DNA of 64,000 nt from a bacterium (GTDB taxonomy: Bacteria > Electryoneota > Electryoneia > Electryoneales > Electryoneaceae): contig OY769902.1 in NCBI GenBank assembly GCA_963669175.1, positions 1,888,001 through 1,952,000 on the forward strand, given 5' to 3'. Shown piece by piece: positions 39,926 through 50,228 of this stretch (position 1 is its first letter; each line of letters starts with the position of its first letter). The translations under genes and the position numbers were made by a program. The notes under the pieces are model-generated. The model was not told the origin of the DNA. It saw only the letters and a list, made by a program, of their open reading frames with translations, and ran no database searches.

Positions 39926-41245
39926 ATGGCAGAACGCATTCCTTTTGAGAACGTCCATCAGACCGTTCAACAGCATCTTCAGGCGGAGGGGTATCCCTTT
40001 GTCTATGATTACGAGCATTCCCATGGTAGCTGGCTGAAGGATGGCATATCCGGGAAAGAATACCTGGATATGACCAGCTTTTTTGCCACTAATCCGCTGG
40101 GGCATAACCATCCCCGGCTGACGGATGGTGAGGCTGCGGAAGCGCTGGCCAGTGTGGCTCGGATCAACCCGGCCAACTGGATGTTTTATACACGTGAAGT
40201 GGCTGAATTTACGGATACATTCTGGAACACTACCATACCGGAAGCGTATCGGCATCTTTTCCTGATTGCCGGTGGCGCTCTGGCAGTTGAGAACGCCCTG
40301 AAAGCGGCGATGGACTGGAAAGTGCAGCGGAATTTTACCGCCGGACGCACGAAAGAGGTTGGGCACCAGGTCATGCACTTTAAGCAGGCGTTTCATGGTC
40401 GCAGCGGTTATACGCTGAGCCTGACCAACACCGCGGAAGAGAAGATCCGTCATTACCCGAAGTTCGACTGGCCGCGTGTTCATAACCCGGTCATCCTCGA
40501 TTTTGCCAACCCGGATGAGGAGCGGGTACTTGCCAGTGAACGCTGGGCGGTGGAGGAGATCGAGACTGAATTTGCCCGACGTGGCAGCGATATTTGTGCC
40601 ATTATCATTGAACCGATACAATGCGAAGGCGGAGATAATCATTTCCGTCCGCAGTTCATGCGTACCCTGCGAGATCTGGCGGATAAACATGACGCCATGT
40701 TGATCTTCGATGAGATCCAGACCGGTATGGGCGTGACCGGGCAGTGGTGGGCGTTTGAGCATTTCGACATGATGCCCGATATGGTGGTCTTCGGTAAGAA
40801 AGCGCAGGTTTGCGGCTTCTTCTGCGGTCCACGTATTGACGAAGTGGAAAAGAACGTGTTCCGTACTCCCAGCCGGATCGCGTCAACCTGGGGCGGGAAT
40901 CTTGTCGATATGGTACGCGCTACCTGGTATATCCGAATTTTCCAGGAAGAGAACCTGCTGAACAACGCTACCGACATGGGCGACTACCTGCTGAAGGGAC
41001 TGGGAGAGCTGTCAAAGGAATACCCGGACCTGGTTGCGAATCCACGTGGACGCGGGCTGCTGGTATCCTTTACGCTGCCGGACAAACTGACACGCGATAA
41101 AATGCGGAAATTCCTGTTTGACCGTGAAGTCCTGGCCCTGGCGAACGGCCCCAGCTCCATTCGCTTCCGTCCCGCGATGAACGTAACAAAAGACGAGCTG
41201 GATACCCTGCTGGAACGGACACGGAATGCGCTGAAAGCAATGTAG
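39926..41245 (+). CDS. lat: L-lysine 6-transaminase (class III aminotransferase)
   Basis: GGALAVENALKAAMDWK, FHGRSGYTLSLTNT, EPIQCEGGDNH, FGKKAQV, SRIASTWGGNLVDM. Confidence 0.88.
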   Translation: MAERIPFENVHQTVQQHLQAEGYPFVYDYEHSHGSWLKDGISGKEYLDMTSFFATNPLGHNHPRLTDGEAAEALASVARINPANWMFYTREVAEFTDTFWNTTIPEAYRHLFLIAGGALAVENALKAAMDWKVQRNFTAGRTKEVGHQVMHFKQAFHGRSGYTLSLTNTAEEKIRHYPKFDWPRVHNPVILDFANPDEERVLASERWAVEEIETEFARRGSDICAIIIEPIQCEGGDNHFRPQFMRTLRDLADKHDAMLIFDEIQTGMGVTGQWWAFEHFDMMPDMVVFGKKAQVCGFFCGPRIDEVEKNVFRTPSRIASTWGGNLVDMVRATWYIRIFQEENLLNNATDMGDYLLKGLGELSKEYPDLVANPRGRGLLVSFTLPDKLTRDKMRKFLFDREVLALANGPSSIRFRPAMNVTKDELDTLLERTRNALKAM

Positions 41246-41299
41246 AAAGTAGTGGATTCTTGATAATATTGCAGTACTCGAAAAAAAATGTCGCATCAT

Positions 41300-41346
41300 G
41301 TCATCCCCTCCCCGAATGATATAGTCGGGGATCAACCGGGGATCTC
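41300..41346. repeat. GTCATCCCC-type palindromic element with a nested hairpin
   Basis: gtcatcccc-[tccccga-atgatatag-tcgggga]-tcaaccggggatctc. Confidence 0.65.
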
Positions 41347-41735
41347 GAAGTTTTGCTGTCCTATGCAACATTATTTTGCAGCCCAACATAGATTTATATG
41401 CATGCACAGATTCTTACAGTCTGTGCATGCTTTTTTGAGTTTCAAAGTTTGAAAGTTGAGAAGTCGGGCGGGTGGCCCTACTCGCACGTGATGATTTGAC
41501 GTCCATAAGGTTGATGGATACTGTGTTGAAGCAACAATACACGACGCAGCATGGAGTGAATAGGGACGGAGATTTGCCTGGGGGCCTGTTTGCAGCTTAT
41601 GCATTATCCCGATACTCTTATGAGGATTGGATGCGAAAAGGGTACAGTGGGAGTTTTTCTGCTGAAATGCGCAAAGAAGCTATATCACTTGGGCATCGGA
41701 TCCCCCGTCAATCAAATGAGTATGTTATCCGTATC

Positions 41736-41778
41736 AAAAAACTACCGTCTGTCCCTAGTTTTGGTTCTAGTTTTGGTT
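41736..41778. repeat. Solo copy of the transposase terminal repeat with a 12-bp junction duplication
   Basis: aaaaaactaccgtctgtccctagttttggtt-ctagttttggtt; identical core to 29343-29366. Confidence 0.9.
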
Positions 41779-41949
41779 GAAATCGTCTTGTCACCCTTGA
41801 CGGCAGCAAGCGCTACCGATGCCTTGAACTGCGCGGTTAACTTTCTGCGGGATCGCTTCATCTTCCGCTCCTTCCGAAGAACCTACGGTCCTTCAATGTA
41901 GGGCGGAACCATCAACTAAACTACTGTCCAATTTTGGGGCCCCTCTTCA
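41775..41949 (-). mobile_element. IS3-family remnant: left end plus first ~28 codons of orfA, truncated by the repeat
   Basis: End TGAAGAGGGGCCCCAAAATTGGACAG; AAGGAG RBS; ATG at 41861 gives MKRSRRKLTAQFKASVALAAVKGDKTIS, typical of an IS3 OrfA HTH start. Confidence 0.75.
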
Positions 41950-42088
41950 ATGGATATTCATCTTAATGCAGTTTATATCAACACAATACAACTGATTTGT
42001 ACAGCATTTTTCAGGGTACAGTTTGCTCCGGTATCCCTTTGCGTGTCTATTCGCTGTTTTGCTGACACATAGAGGCTGTGTTCCGGTA

Positions 42089-42336
42089 ACCGCCCCGGCA
42101 GGGGCAACCTGTATTAGCCCCGGGCAGCCGCCGTCTGTTTGGCGGCTACCCGGGGAGATGAATCCCACCACTTTTACTCCGGTAGGAGTAACCTGAATAT
42201 TATTATAGGTATACAGCGTGAATTGAGTAGGCAACCCGCTACCGGGGTTGGCAAGAATAGGACACTCTTTTCCCACCGTGAGCGCCAACCAGACGGCGCT
42301 GGACGGTGGGCTAATACAGGGAACTACTGCCGTGGT
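42089..42336. repeat. Inverted doublet of GC-rich hairpins (another REP-like family)
   Basis: cctgtattagccc (42108) / gggctaatacagg (42308); hairpins at 42118-42155 and 42272-42310. Confidence 0.65.
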
Positions 42337-42506
42337 TCTTGTACTGGACATTCCATCAAATACCACATCTGAAATTGCATTGGTAAAATATTCGGGTTAG
42401 AAGGTGTAAGTAAAAAATGTAGAAAAGGCAAAGAAAGAATTGACAAACTGCGTAGCCAGAAGTGCTTGTAAGGTAGAAGGGTTGTTCCTTTTGCCAGAAC
42501 GAATAA

Positions 42507-42540
42507 TAAAACAAGGACGACCCAATCGGATCGTCCTTGT
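42507..42540 (-). terminator. Rho-independent terminator of the amt-porin unit
   Basis: Minus strand acaaggacgatcc-gatt-gggtcgtccttgt + tttatt. Confidence 0.7.
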
Positions 42541-42611
42541 AGTGTATCTCTATCTGCGATCCGGAAGCTTGTTTATCCGCAAGGAGGAAGATACCGGATC
42601 GCGGGGGCAGT

Positions 42612-43646
42612 TTAGAATGTATAGGTCATCTCAAAAGCGATGGTGCTTTTGCTTTTGGTCAGGCCATCGTCGCCATCGTCGAAGTAGTCTTCACCGGCCA
42701 TGTCCATCCGGTACTCGATCAGGGCGCCCATGCCGTTGCCCAGGTAGAAGGTCGGGGCGATGGTCAGTTCGCTGAGTGTCAGCTCTGCCGGATTACCATT
42801 GGCATCCATCCAGCCAAAGACATAAGCGTCACTGTCAGTGAAGGAGCCGTAGCGTACTGTCAGGCCAACCATCTCGGTGAAATCATAATGAGTCATGACC
42901 ATGAAGCCGTTCCAACCGAAATCGTCTGTGCCGTTATCAAAGGTGCCCATATTGTACTCACCGCCGACGATCCAGTTTTCCTGGATGTAATAACCGAAAT
43001 CGATGTCGGTTATGGTGGTGAGTGTCAACTGGTCTTGATCCTCGGTGCCGCTGATGTAGGACAGGTGAATGAAGAACTTTTCGCCCATGCTGTAGCCAAC
43101 CTGGCCGCCATATGTCATGGCTTCGTTGCTGTTTTCGTTCATGTCCATGCCGTTGGTGGCATACGCGGTCAGATTGACGCCGTAGCCGACATCAGCCATG
43201 GCCATCAGACCGGTGGCGTTGGTCGGGAGACCATGATCGAAGACCAGGGTGTGGGAGAACTGGAACATGTCGGGAGCGTCCAGCGCTTCGAACCCGATCG
43301 GCACATTCCACTTACCCATGCGCATGGTAACCTTGCCGCAGAAGGGCATACGGTAGTCCATATACCCCTGTTCCGCGTCCAGTTGCCAGCCGTTGCCGAC
43401 CTTGACCCATTCCACATCGACACGCAGCGCGCCGGCGCCATCACCGATCAGACGGGCCACATCAATTTCAGCCTGGTCCAGGCCGAATGTGTTTTCGTTG
43501 GTATTCAAGTTGCCGGAGTAACTGGCATCCACAAAACCACTGATGGACGTAACAGCTTCATCCGTAACAATCGTAAGATCCTGTGCAAACAGTGGCATTG
43601 CGCACAATGCCGCGATCACGCCTGCAACCAGCAATTTCTTGAACAT
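42612..43646 (-). CDS. Outer-membrane beta-barrel porin (BBP2-like)
   Basis: Signal peptide; ISGFVDASY, LDQAEI, MGKWNVPIGFE; alternating strands; C-terminal Phe (MTYTF). Confidence 0.8.
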   Translation of the reverse strand: MFKKLLVAGVIAALCAMPLFAQDLTIVTDEAVTSISGFVDASYSGNLNTNENTFGLDQAEIDVARLIGDGAGALRVDVEWVKVGNGWQLDAEQGYMDYRMPFCGKVTMRMGKWNVPIGFEALDAPDMFQFSHTLVFDHGLPTNATGLMAMADVGYGVNLTAYATNGMDMNENSNEAMTYGGQVGYSMGEKFFIHLSYISGTEDQDQLTLTTITDIDFGYYIQENWIVGGEYNMGTFDNGTDDFGWNGFMVMTHYDFTEMVGLTVRYGSFTDSDAYVFGWMDANGNPAELTLSELTIAPTFYLGNGMGALIEYRMDMAGEDYFDDGDDGLTKSKSTIAFEMTYTF

Positions 43647-43797
43647 CAGGTGCTTCCTCCCCATATGATGGTCACTTTTCGTTCAACATCGAAACAAGGT
43701 AGTGTTCAAGCTCGGAAACTCCAATAAAGGAGCCAGCTTGCGTATAAAAATACAGGGAAGCCGCCTCAAATAATGAGAGCGACTTCCCCTGCAAACA

Positions 43798-45027
43798 TCA
43801 GCCTAAATCACCACGTTCGCTCTGGTAAGCGCGTTCACCATGAACGGCTTCATCGAGTGTCGCTTCTTCGATTTCACTGGTGCGGACCTTGGTGATCTTG
43901 TTAATGATCCACAACATGCCATAGGTGAAGACAAAGGCATACACGGACGAAACGATGATCGCGACAAGCTGCTTTACAAAGAAGCCGCCGTCACCCTCAA
44001 GCAGACCAGCCTGGCTGTTGACCGCTGTAGAAGCGAAAACGCCGAGCATGATCACACCAATCATACCGCCAACACCGTGGACGCCCCATACATCCAACGC
44101 ATCGTCCCAGCGAAGCTTGTTCTTCAGATTCACCGCGCCGTAGCAGACCAGACCGGCGACGATACCGATGATCGCTGCGGAGGTCGGTGTGACAAAACCG
44201 GCAGCCGGGGTAATCGTGGCCAGACCGGCGACAGCACCGGTAAGAAGGCCGACAAACTTCGGCTTCTTGACCAGGGACCACTCGAGGATCATCCAGGTTA
44301 CGGCTGCGCAGGATGCGGCGATGTCGGTATTGATGAACGCAGTCACGGTGACCTGGTCAACACGAAGCTCGCTACCGGCGTTGAAACCGTACCAACCGAA
44401 CCACAGAAGACCGGTGCCAAGGGCGACCAGCGGAATGCTGTGCGGTTCGCTGTCTTCCTTCAGACGACCACCGACAAAGAGCACGGATGCCAATGCGGCC
44501 ATACCGGCTGTGTTATGCACGGCAATACCACCGGCGAAGTCAAGAACGCCCCACTGCGCCAGGATGCCACCGCCCCATACCATGTGGACGAAGGGGAAGT
44601 ATACAAATACGAGCCAGGCAATAAGGAACATCAGGTAAGCCGGGAAACGAACCCGGTTCGAGAAGGCGCCGGTAATCAGCGCGGGGGTAATGATCGCGAA
44701 CATCATCTGGTAAGCAAAGAACAAGTATTCCGGAATGTCGCCAGACATGGTGTTCAGATCGACACCGTGCAGGAATGCCTTGTCAAAGTTACCAACAATG
44801 CCCAGGAAATCCGTACCACTGGCTGCATCGCCACTGAAGCACATCGAGTAGCCAAAGGCAAACCAGACGATGGTTGTAATGCCCAGGGAAACAAAACTCT
44901 GGGTCATAATGGTCAACACGTTCTTGCGACCAACCAGTCCGCCATAGAAAAAGGCCAGACCCGGTGTCATCAACATCACCAGACTGGTGGCGACCAGCAT
45001 AAAACCAACATGGCCCGTGTCCAACAT
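43798..45027 (-). CDS. amt: Ammonium transporter
   Basis: MTPGLAFFYGG, DFAGGIAVH, WFGWYGFNAGS, DDALDVWGVHG (both conserved His present). Confidence 0.95.
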   Translation of the reverse strand: MLDTGHVGFMLVATSLVMLMTPGLAFFYGGLVGRKNVLTIMTQSFVSLGITTIVWFAFGYSMCFSGDAASGTDFLGIVGNFDKAFLHGVDLNTMSGDIPEYLFFAYQMMFAIITPALITGAFSNRVRFPAYLMFLIAWLVFVYFPFVHMVWGGGILAQWGVLDFAGGIAVHNTAGMAALASVLFVGGRLKEDSEPHSIPLVALGTGLLWFGWYGFNAGSELRVDQVTVTAFINTDIAASCAAVTWMILEWSLVKKPKFVGLLTGAVAGLATITPAAGFVTPTSAAIIGIVAGLVCYGAVNLKNKLRWDDALDVWGVHGVGGMIGVIMLGVFASTAVNSQAGLLEGDGGFFVKQLVAIIVSSVYAFVFTYGMLWIINKITKVRTSEIEEATLDEAVHGERAYQSERGDLG

Positions 45028-45496
45028 GGAGAACTCTCCCTTCCCATGGTAGTGCAGGATAGACTGTCCATCCCGCTTGAAGTATGTACAAAATCTGAAA
45101 CAGGTAGTAGTACCCGTGGTTTTGACGTTGGATGATAAACACTAACTGTAATAAAAACAATCGGGGAGCACCTGAAATCTCGGTGAAAGTACCCTGATCG
45201 GACCGGGTAAAACGGGTGCTGTTTTCTAATGGAAATGGATTGAATAGTGTTTCTTGGGTGTGTCGTGGTGGGAAAATGCCTTGCAGTGGGCTAGGGATTT
45301 TCCCGATGCTGTTGAGAAGTTATTGATATTTAAGTGGTTGACTTGTGAAAAAATGAACCAGATTTTCAGGAATCGGATTTCCGGATCAAGGCAATTTCTG
45401 TTTCGCTGAGTTCGTAACTAAGGGAATTGGAAGTCTGTTTCCTTCAAGGATGCACGGGTAAATTTGATGAAGGATTATACAGGGAAATATCTGACA

Positions 45497-45654
45497 GAAA
45501 ATGGGGACTGCCACACTTTTCGCAGCGAAGATGTATCGGATTGTTGATTTCTGAGAAAACATGTTGCGAAAAGGTAGCTGTCCCGGCATTTTCCTCAATA
45601 CTGGTTTGACTGTTCTGTATTCGAATGCGCGAAAGGGAAATAGTCACATTTTTC
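45497..45654. repeat. REP-like hairpin cluster, subfamily 2
   Basis: gaaaatggggactgccacacttttc; gaaaaggtagctgtcccggcattttc; gaaagggaaatagtcacatttttc. Same order as 342-583. Confidence 0.65.
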
Positions 45655-45749
45655 GTCTGTTTATCCATTCTTCGCAAAGCGATTTTTAAACCATCAAAGA
45701 CAGTGAGGAACCGAGAGATGTCACATGGGTATCAATGGAAATTGTTCGA

Positions 45750-46784
45750 CTACAAAAATGAGGTCTGCATATTTGCGTTGGGTGAGCCGGGAGTATGGCC
45801 CAGGATCTCAAAGGCGAGTGGAGTGGCAACACGTCCACGCTGGGTGCGTTCCAGCATGCCCTGTTGGATCAGGTAGGGTTCGTAGAGTTCCTCGATCGTA
45901 CCCGCATCTTCACCGACAGTGACAGCGACGGTTGAGAGTCCTACCGGACCGCCACGATATTTCACGATAATCGCCTCGAGAATACGTTTGTCCATGTCAT
46001 CCAGCCCACGTTCGTCAATCTCGAGCCGTTCCAGCGAATTACGTGCGAGCGCATCGGTAACCACGCCCTGGCCTTCCACTTCGGCAAAGTCACGCAGTCT
46101 TCTCAGGAGACGGTTGGCGACACGGGGAGTGCCACGACTGCGGCGTGCGATCTCACCGGAAGCGCCATCGCCGAGCGTGACCTGTAACTTTCCGGCGTTG
46201 GCGTTGACGATGGTCTCAATCTCGGAAGCGTGGTAATAGTCGAAACGGGACGTGATACCGAAACGTGCGCGCAGGGGGGAAGTGAGTAATCCTGCGCGAG
46301 TGGTTGCGCCAACCAATGTGAACGGAGGAAGATTGATCTGGACTGTACGTGCCGCCGGACCGCTGTCGATCAGGATGTCCAGACGGTAGTCTTCCATCGC
46401 CGGGTACAGGTACTCCTCGACGACCTTGTTCAGGCGGTGGATCTCATCAATGAAAAGGACGTCGTTTTCTTCCAAATTGGTCAGCAGTCCCGCAAGGTCC
46501 GCGGCTTTTTCCAGCACGGGGCCGCTGGTGGCGTGCATATGCACCCCGAGTTCATTGGAGATGATGCCGGCGAGAGTGGTTTTACCCAAACCGGGAGGGC
46601 CGTAGAACAACGTGTGGTCCAGCGCTTCGCCACGCTGACGAGCTGCGGTGACGAACACTTCCAGATTGCTCTTCAGCTTCTTCTGACCAATGAAATGCTC
46701 AAACGACTGCGGCCTCAGCGAACGATCCAGCTCGATGTCGCCGGGTACAGTCTGCGGAGCAGTGATTCTCGGTTCCAAATCCAC
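45750..46784 (-). CDS. ruvB: Holliday junction branch migration helicase
   Basis: [40 protein letters not shown]. Confidence 0.97.
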   Translation of the reverse strand: MDLEPRITAPQTVPGDIELDRSLRPQSFEHFIGQKKLKSNLEVFVTAARQRGEALDHTLFYGPPGLGKTTLAGIISNELGVHMHATSGPVLEKAADLAGLLTNLEENDVLFIDEIHRLNKVVEEYLYPAMEDYRLDILIDSGPAARTVQINLPPFTLVGATTRAGLLTSPLRARFGITSRFDYYHASEIETIVNANAGKLQVTLGDGASGEIARRSRGTPRVANRLLRRLRDFAEVEGQGVVTDALARNSLERLEIDERGLDDMDKRILEAIIVKYRGGPVGLSTVAVTVGEDAGTIEELYEPYLIQQGMLERTQRGRVATPLAFEILGHTPGSPNANMQTSFL

Positions 46785-47002
46785 GGGAACAAATTCGTTT
46801 CAGGATACCTGTCCCGCCCCATTTGCGGGATGAATAGCTTCAACAACGCTGCAATATAGGTATCATTTGTTCAACAGGCAATGAGGGCAGGGATATCATA
46901 TGTGCGTGTGAAGAATGATGCAGAAAATGAGTACGCCTCGCAGGGCAGTGTCCTTCGTTGCTTAGAAACCGTACCATAAGGCAGTCCAAGAAAGGAAGTT
47001 TT

Positions 47003-47971
47003 ATGATAGAGAACACTGTTTTTACTGATCCGAATCCTGCGATCACGCAAGCGGTTTTGCAGGCTGCGGAAGCTACGCACCTTGTCCAGTTGGACGCTCG
47101 CCGTGAAGATGCCTGGTCCAAGGAGGACAAAACTCCGGTGACGATTGCGGATCTCACGTCTCAAGCCATCATCCTCGGAGCCCTGATCCAGGTGGCGGCT
47201 GAAGAATGTGTCATCGCCGAGGAAGAGGCGCTGGTCTATGATGATGACGAACGCCTGATCCGGATTAGTGGCCTGATTCATAAGGTTGCCGGGGAATCTT
47301 TTTCATTGGATGAACTGAATCATCGTATCGGTCATCGTGGCGATCCTAAGCATAAACGTCGCTGGTTTGTCGATCCGATTGATGGCACCAAGGGATTTCT
47401 CAAGGGGCTGGCGTATGCGATTGGTGTAGCGCGTGCGACCGATGGTGAGCTGGATCAGGCATGGCTGGCGGTGCCAGGTGGGGAGGAATTGCTCCCCAGG
47501 ACGTCCGGAAAACTGTTCATGGCGGCCAAAGGACAGGGCGCATGGGTGCGTGATTTGCGTCCGGACGCTCCCTGGTCACGGTTGCAGACTTCGCCGGATA
47601 TGCCGGAAGAGATCAGGGTTGTCGGATCACGTGCGCATGGTCGCGGGGTCGGGCCGGATGAGTTGAAAGAAGCGGGTTTGCAGGCGTCTTTCCTGCCTCT
47701 GGACAGCATGGCGAAATACGTTGCTGTAGCCACAGGAGAAGCGCATGTGTATGTCCGTGAACCGCATCCAAAATTTGGACCGAATATGGTTTGGGATCAC
47801 GCGGCCGGTTCGCTGATCGTACGTGAAGCCGGGGGCATTTCTACGGACCTGGACGGGAAAGCGTTTGATTTCACGCATGGCACCCGCCTGGTTGAGAACA
47901 ACGGTGTCCTGACCGCCAGTTGCAAGCCCCTGCATGACAAGATGCTGAAATTGCTGGAAGGATGTGAGTAG
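47003..47971 (+). CDS. Inositol monophosphatase family / 3'(2'),5'-bisphosphate nucleotidase
   Basis: KEDKTPVTIAD, DPIDGTKGF, WDHAAG. Confidence 0.85.
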   Translation: MIENTVFTDPNPAITQAVLQAAEATHLVQLDARREDAWSKEDKTPVTIADLTSQAIILGALIQVAAEECVIAEEEALVYDDDERLIRISGLIHKVAGESFSLDELNHRIGHRGDPKHKRRWFVDPIDGTKGFLKGLAYAIGVARATDGELDQAWLAVPGGEELLPRTSGKLFMAAKGQGAWVRDLRPDAPWSRLQTSPDMPEEIRVVGSRAHGRGVGPDELKEAGLQASFLPLDSMAKYVAVATGEAHVYVREPHPKFGPNMVWDHAAGSLIVREAGGISTDLDGKAFDFTHGTRLVENNGVLTASCKPLHDKMLKLLEGCE

Positions 47972-48044
47972 AGAGACTGCACATTTTAGCAATAAAAATC
48001 AGATTTTCTATTGCCCGGAGCATGGGAATCCTTTACTTTTCAGC

Positions 48045-49025
48045 ATGTTTCTAGATCGACTGACTATAGAGGTGCAGGCGGGTGACGGCGGCAACGGGGT
48101 GACCTCGTTCCGGCGTGAGAAGTTTGTACCCAAAGGCGGGCCTGACGGCGGCGACGGCGGCCGTGGGGGCCATGTAATTCTACGTGTGGACGAAGGACTG
48201 GCGACCCTGCTGGATCTGCGTACCATGCCCCAGATTAAAGCCTCAAACGGGCGTCACGGCGCTGGTGCGAAGAAGACCGGACGTGGCGGCGAAGACCTGA
48301 TCATCCGTGTTCCACCAGGCACGCTGGTGTTTGATGACGAAACCGGGGAACAGGTCGCAGACCTGACTGAGCATGCGCAGGAAGAAATTGTCGCGAAGGG
48401 CGGGCATGGTGGGAAAGGGAATTCGCACTTTGCCACTCCTCAGATTCGCGCCCCGCGTAAATCCACCCAGGGCGGAGAGGGCCAGAAGAAGATCCTGCGG
48501 CTGGAACTGAAGCTGATCGCAGACATCGGACTGGTTGGCTTGCCCAATGTGGGAAAATCTACCCTGTTGTCTGTCATCAGCGCCGCGCGTCCCGAGATTG
48601 CAAACTATCCATTCACGACACTCACGCCCCATCTTGGAATGGTAAAAGGCCAGGGCTGGCGCAACTTTGTCGTGGCTGATATTCCCGGTCTGATCGAAGG
48701 CGCATCGGAAGGGAAGGGGCTGGGGCATCAGTTCCTGCGTCATATCGAACGCACTCGCGCCTTGGCAGTCCTGGTTGACTCACTGGATGAGAAGCCGGAC
48801 GACACGCTGACGACCTTGCTGGACGAATTGGGCGCGTTTAATCCCGCATTGCTGGAAAAACCACGTGTGGTTGTCCGGTCACGTTCTGATCTGGGCGGCG
48901 AGCACTGGGACAAAGAGCAGCTCCGCTTCTCAGCGGCAGCACGAGAGAATATTCCGGAATTATTGCGTCTGTTCGAACAAATGATACGAGAAGCTGATGA
49001 CACACCTTCCGAGAACGACTGGTAG
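48045..49025 (+). CDS. obgE: GTPase Obg/CgtA
   Basis: MFLD...GDGGNG...GGPDGGDGG; GLPNVGKST; YPFTT; DIPGLIEGA. Confidence 0.95.
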   Translation: MFLDRLTIEVQAGDGGNGVTSFRREKFVPKGGPDGGDGGRGGHVILRVDEGLATLLDLRTMPQIKASNGRHGAGAKKTGRGGEDLIIRVPPGTLVFDDETGEQVADLTEHAQEEIVAKGGHGGKGNSHFATPQIRAPRKSTQGGEGQKKILRLELKLIADIGLVGLPNVGKSTLLSVISAARPEIANYPFTTLTPHLGMVKGQGWRNFVVADIPGLIEGASEGKGLGHQFLRHIERTRALAVLVDSLDEKPDDTLTTLLDELGAFNPALLEKPRVVVRSRSDLGGEHWDKEQLRFSAAARENIPELLRLFEQMIREADDTPSENDW

Positions 49026-50211
49026 GGACGCTATTGGCCCACGCTATTGGCCGGGGTTGGCGTTACTGGATGTTCAAAACGATGCTGCTACGCTCGAAGA
49101 AGAGAAAGCGGTGTTATTGGCTCTGTTACGTGCCAAAGAACTTGGCAGCCAGACGGCATGGAAAATCTCGGAAGTATTTGATTCCGCACGTGGAATCGTA
49201 GCGGCAGATGATTCAACGCTGCAACACATCGGTGAACTCAAAGCCGAAACGATACAGACATTCCGAGCAGCGCTTTCCAACGGGTTCGGGTATCGTCAGC
49301 TCGAGATTGCGAAGAAGCTCGGCGTGAATATTCTTGTGGCAGGCGAAAAGGGGTACCCGACTCTTCTGTCGCAAGCCTTCTCACCGCCAGCTATCCTCTA
49401 TGCCTGGGGCAATCCTTTACCTGCCGATGATCGTACCGTGGCTATGGTCGGCAGTCGAAAGGCGGATGATCCCAGCAAGGAACTGGCGCATCAGATCGGC
49501 GCCGGGCTGGTTAAGGCAGGACTGACGACGATTTCCGGTATGGCATATGGCATCGATGCCGCAGCACACCGTGGCTCGATGCAGGAGGGCGGACATACGG
49601 TTGCGGTTCTGGGCTGTGGAGTGGATGTGGTTTACCCACCTCAGCACAAGAAGTTGCGTGACCAGATTATCCGCGAAGGGACTGTGGTAAGCGAGCTGTT
49701 CCTGGGCGCAGGACCGGAAGCCAAACACTTCCCCATGCGAAATCGTATCATTGCCTGGATGAGTACGGCGACAGTTGTTGTGAAAGCTGCACAACGAAGT
49801 GGGGCCTTGATCACGGCTGCGTATGCCTTGCAGGAAAACCGTGAAGTGTTCGCCTGCCCCGGGCATCCGTTATCGCCGGGATATGCCGGAACCAATCACC
49901 TGCTCAAACAAGGGGCGCACATTGCTCGTCATGCGGGTGATGTACTGGAGGTCGTTGCGCCCATGGTCGGGCTGGATCTGGCGACAGGGCAGGAAGAGCT
50001 GAATCTGGATGCAACACCCACCGGACTGGACAAGGAAGAAGAACTGATTTATACCACACTTGATCCGGTCGAAAAAATCCATGCGGACAAACTGTCTGCG
50101 ATGATCAACCTGGACACATCACGCCTAGGCGTTTTACTTCTCAGCATGGAATTGAAAGGATTGGTAAAACGGCTGCCGGGTGACCACTACGTGCGCGTGA
50201 TCACCCGGTAA
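48997..50211 (+). CDS. dprA: DNA-processing protein A (start uncertain)
   Basis: VGSR, SGMAYGIDAAAH, VLGCGVD, FPMRNRII, SGALITA, C-terminal winged helix. Confidence 0.92.
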   Translation: MTHLPRTTGRDAIGPRYWPGLALLDVQNDAATLEEEKAVLLALLRAKELGSQTAWKISEVFDSARGIVAADDSTLQHIGELKAETIQTFRAALSNGFGYRQLEIAKKLGVNILVAGEKGYPTLLSQAFSPPAILYAWGNPLPADDRTVAMVGSRKADDPSKELAHQIGAGLVKAGLTTISGMAYGIDAAAHRGSMQEGGHTVAVLGCGVDVVYPPQHKKLRDQIIREGTVVSELFLGAGPEAKHFPMRNRIIAWMSTATVVVKAAQRSGALITAAYALQENREVFACPGHPLSPGYAGTNHLLKQGAHIARHAGDVLEVVAPMVGLDLATGQEELNLDATPTGLDKEEELIYTTLDPVEKIHADKLSAMINLDTSRLGVLLLSMELKGLVKRLPGDHYVRVITR

Positions 50212-50228
50212 CGCATCGATCATGTGAA

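Noticed and set aside
41472-41780. 102-aa ORF running into the solo repeat
   Set aside because: No recognisable family or RBS. It could be a cargo fragment, but this cannot be supported without a search.
41917-41940. ctgtccaattttgggg as another REP hairpin
   Set aside because: Better explained as the IS3 left inverted repeat.
43840-45135. Long antisense ORFs (also 4146-4952, 35385-36347, 39887-40762, 42888-43727)
   Set aside because: Shadows of well-supported genes on the opposite strand in GC-rich codon usage.
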